A DNA stretch of 64,000 bases, taken from NCBI RefSeq assembly GCF_006345805.1, contig NC_043011.1:45334464-45398463 (forward strand). Direction: 5' to 3'. Positions 63,926 through 64,000 of the stretch are shown here, piece after piece (the stretch's first letter is position 1; each line of letters opens with the position of its first letter). The notes under the pieces are model-generated. The model did not search any database and had not been told where the DNA came from. It worked only from the letters and a program-made list of their open reading frames with translations. The DNA comes from Octopus sinensis. Lineage: Eukaryota. Both the position numbers and the translations under genes were made by a program.

Positions 63926-64000
63926 AGGCGGCAAGCTGGCAGAAACTTTAGCACGCCGGACGAAATGCTTAGCGGTATTTCGTCAGCCGCTACGTTTTGA
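63926..64000 (+). mobile_element. SINE family B 5' end (truncated by the window edge)
   Basis: GGCGGCAAGCTGGCAGAAACTTTAGCACGCCGG... Confidence 0.8.

Overview
AT-rich, microsatellite-dense animal genomic DNA. The SINE and microsatellite content suggests a coleoid cephalopod (Octopus-like), which is an inference. There is one clear host gene: a 4-exon MAP-kinase phosphatase (DUSP1/DUSP4-like, + strand, coding 28655-52710, 338 aa when spliced, 21.5-kb first intron). The rest is mostly repeats: three tRNA-headed SINE families, a decayed pogo-type transposase, mariner- and Merlin-type MITEs, RTE and CR1/L2 LINE scraps, minisatellites, a tRNA-Asp pseudogene-like copy and a 100-N gap. The most notable signal is not in the ORF track: at least ten minimal type I hammerhead-ribozyme (HHR) folds, each with a palindromic helix III like those of Penelope-like elements. 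They show three Watson-Crick states of the core 3-8 pair: C3-G8, U3-A8 and G3-C8. They occur in a ~360-bp tandem array resembling a non-LTR retrozyme, at the turning points of long snap-back inverted repeats, and as dispersed copies ending in microsatellites. All structures were read by eye, with no folding software or database search. Repeat boundaries may be off by a few nt, and ribozyme activity is untested.
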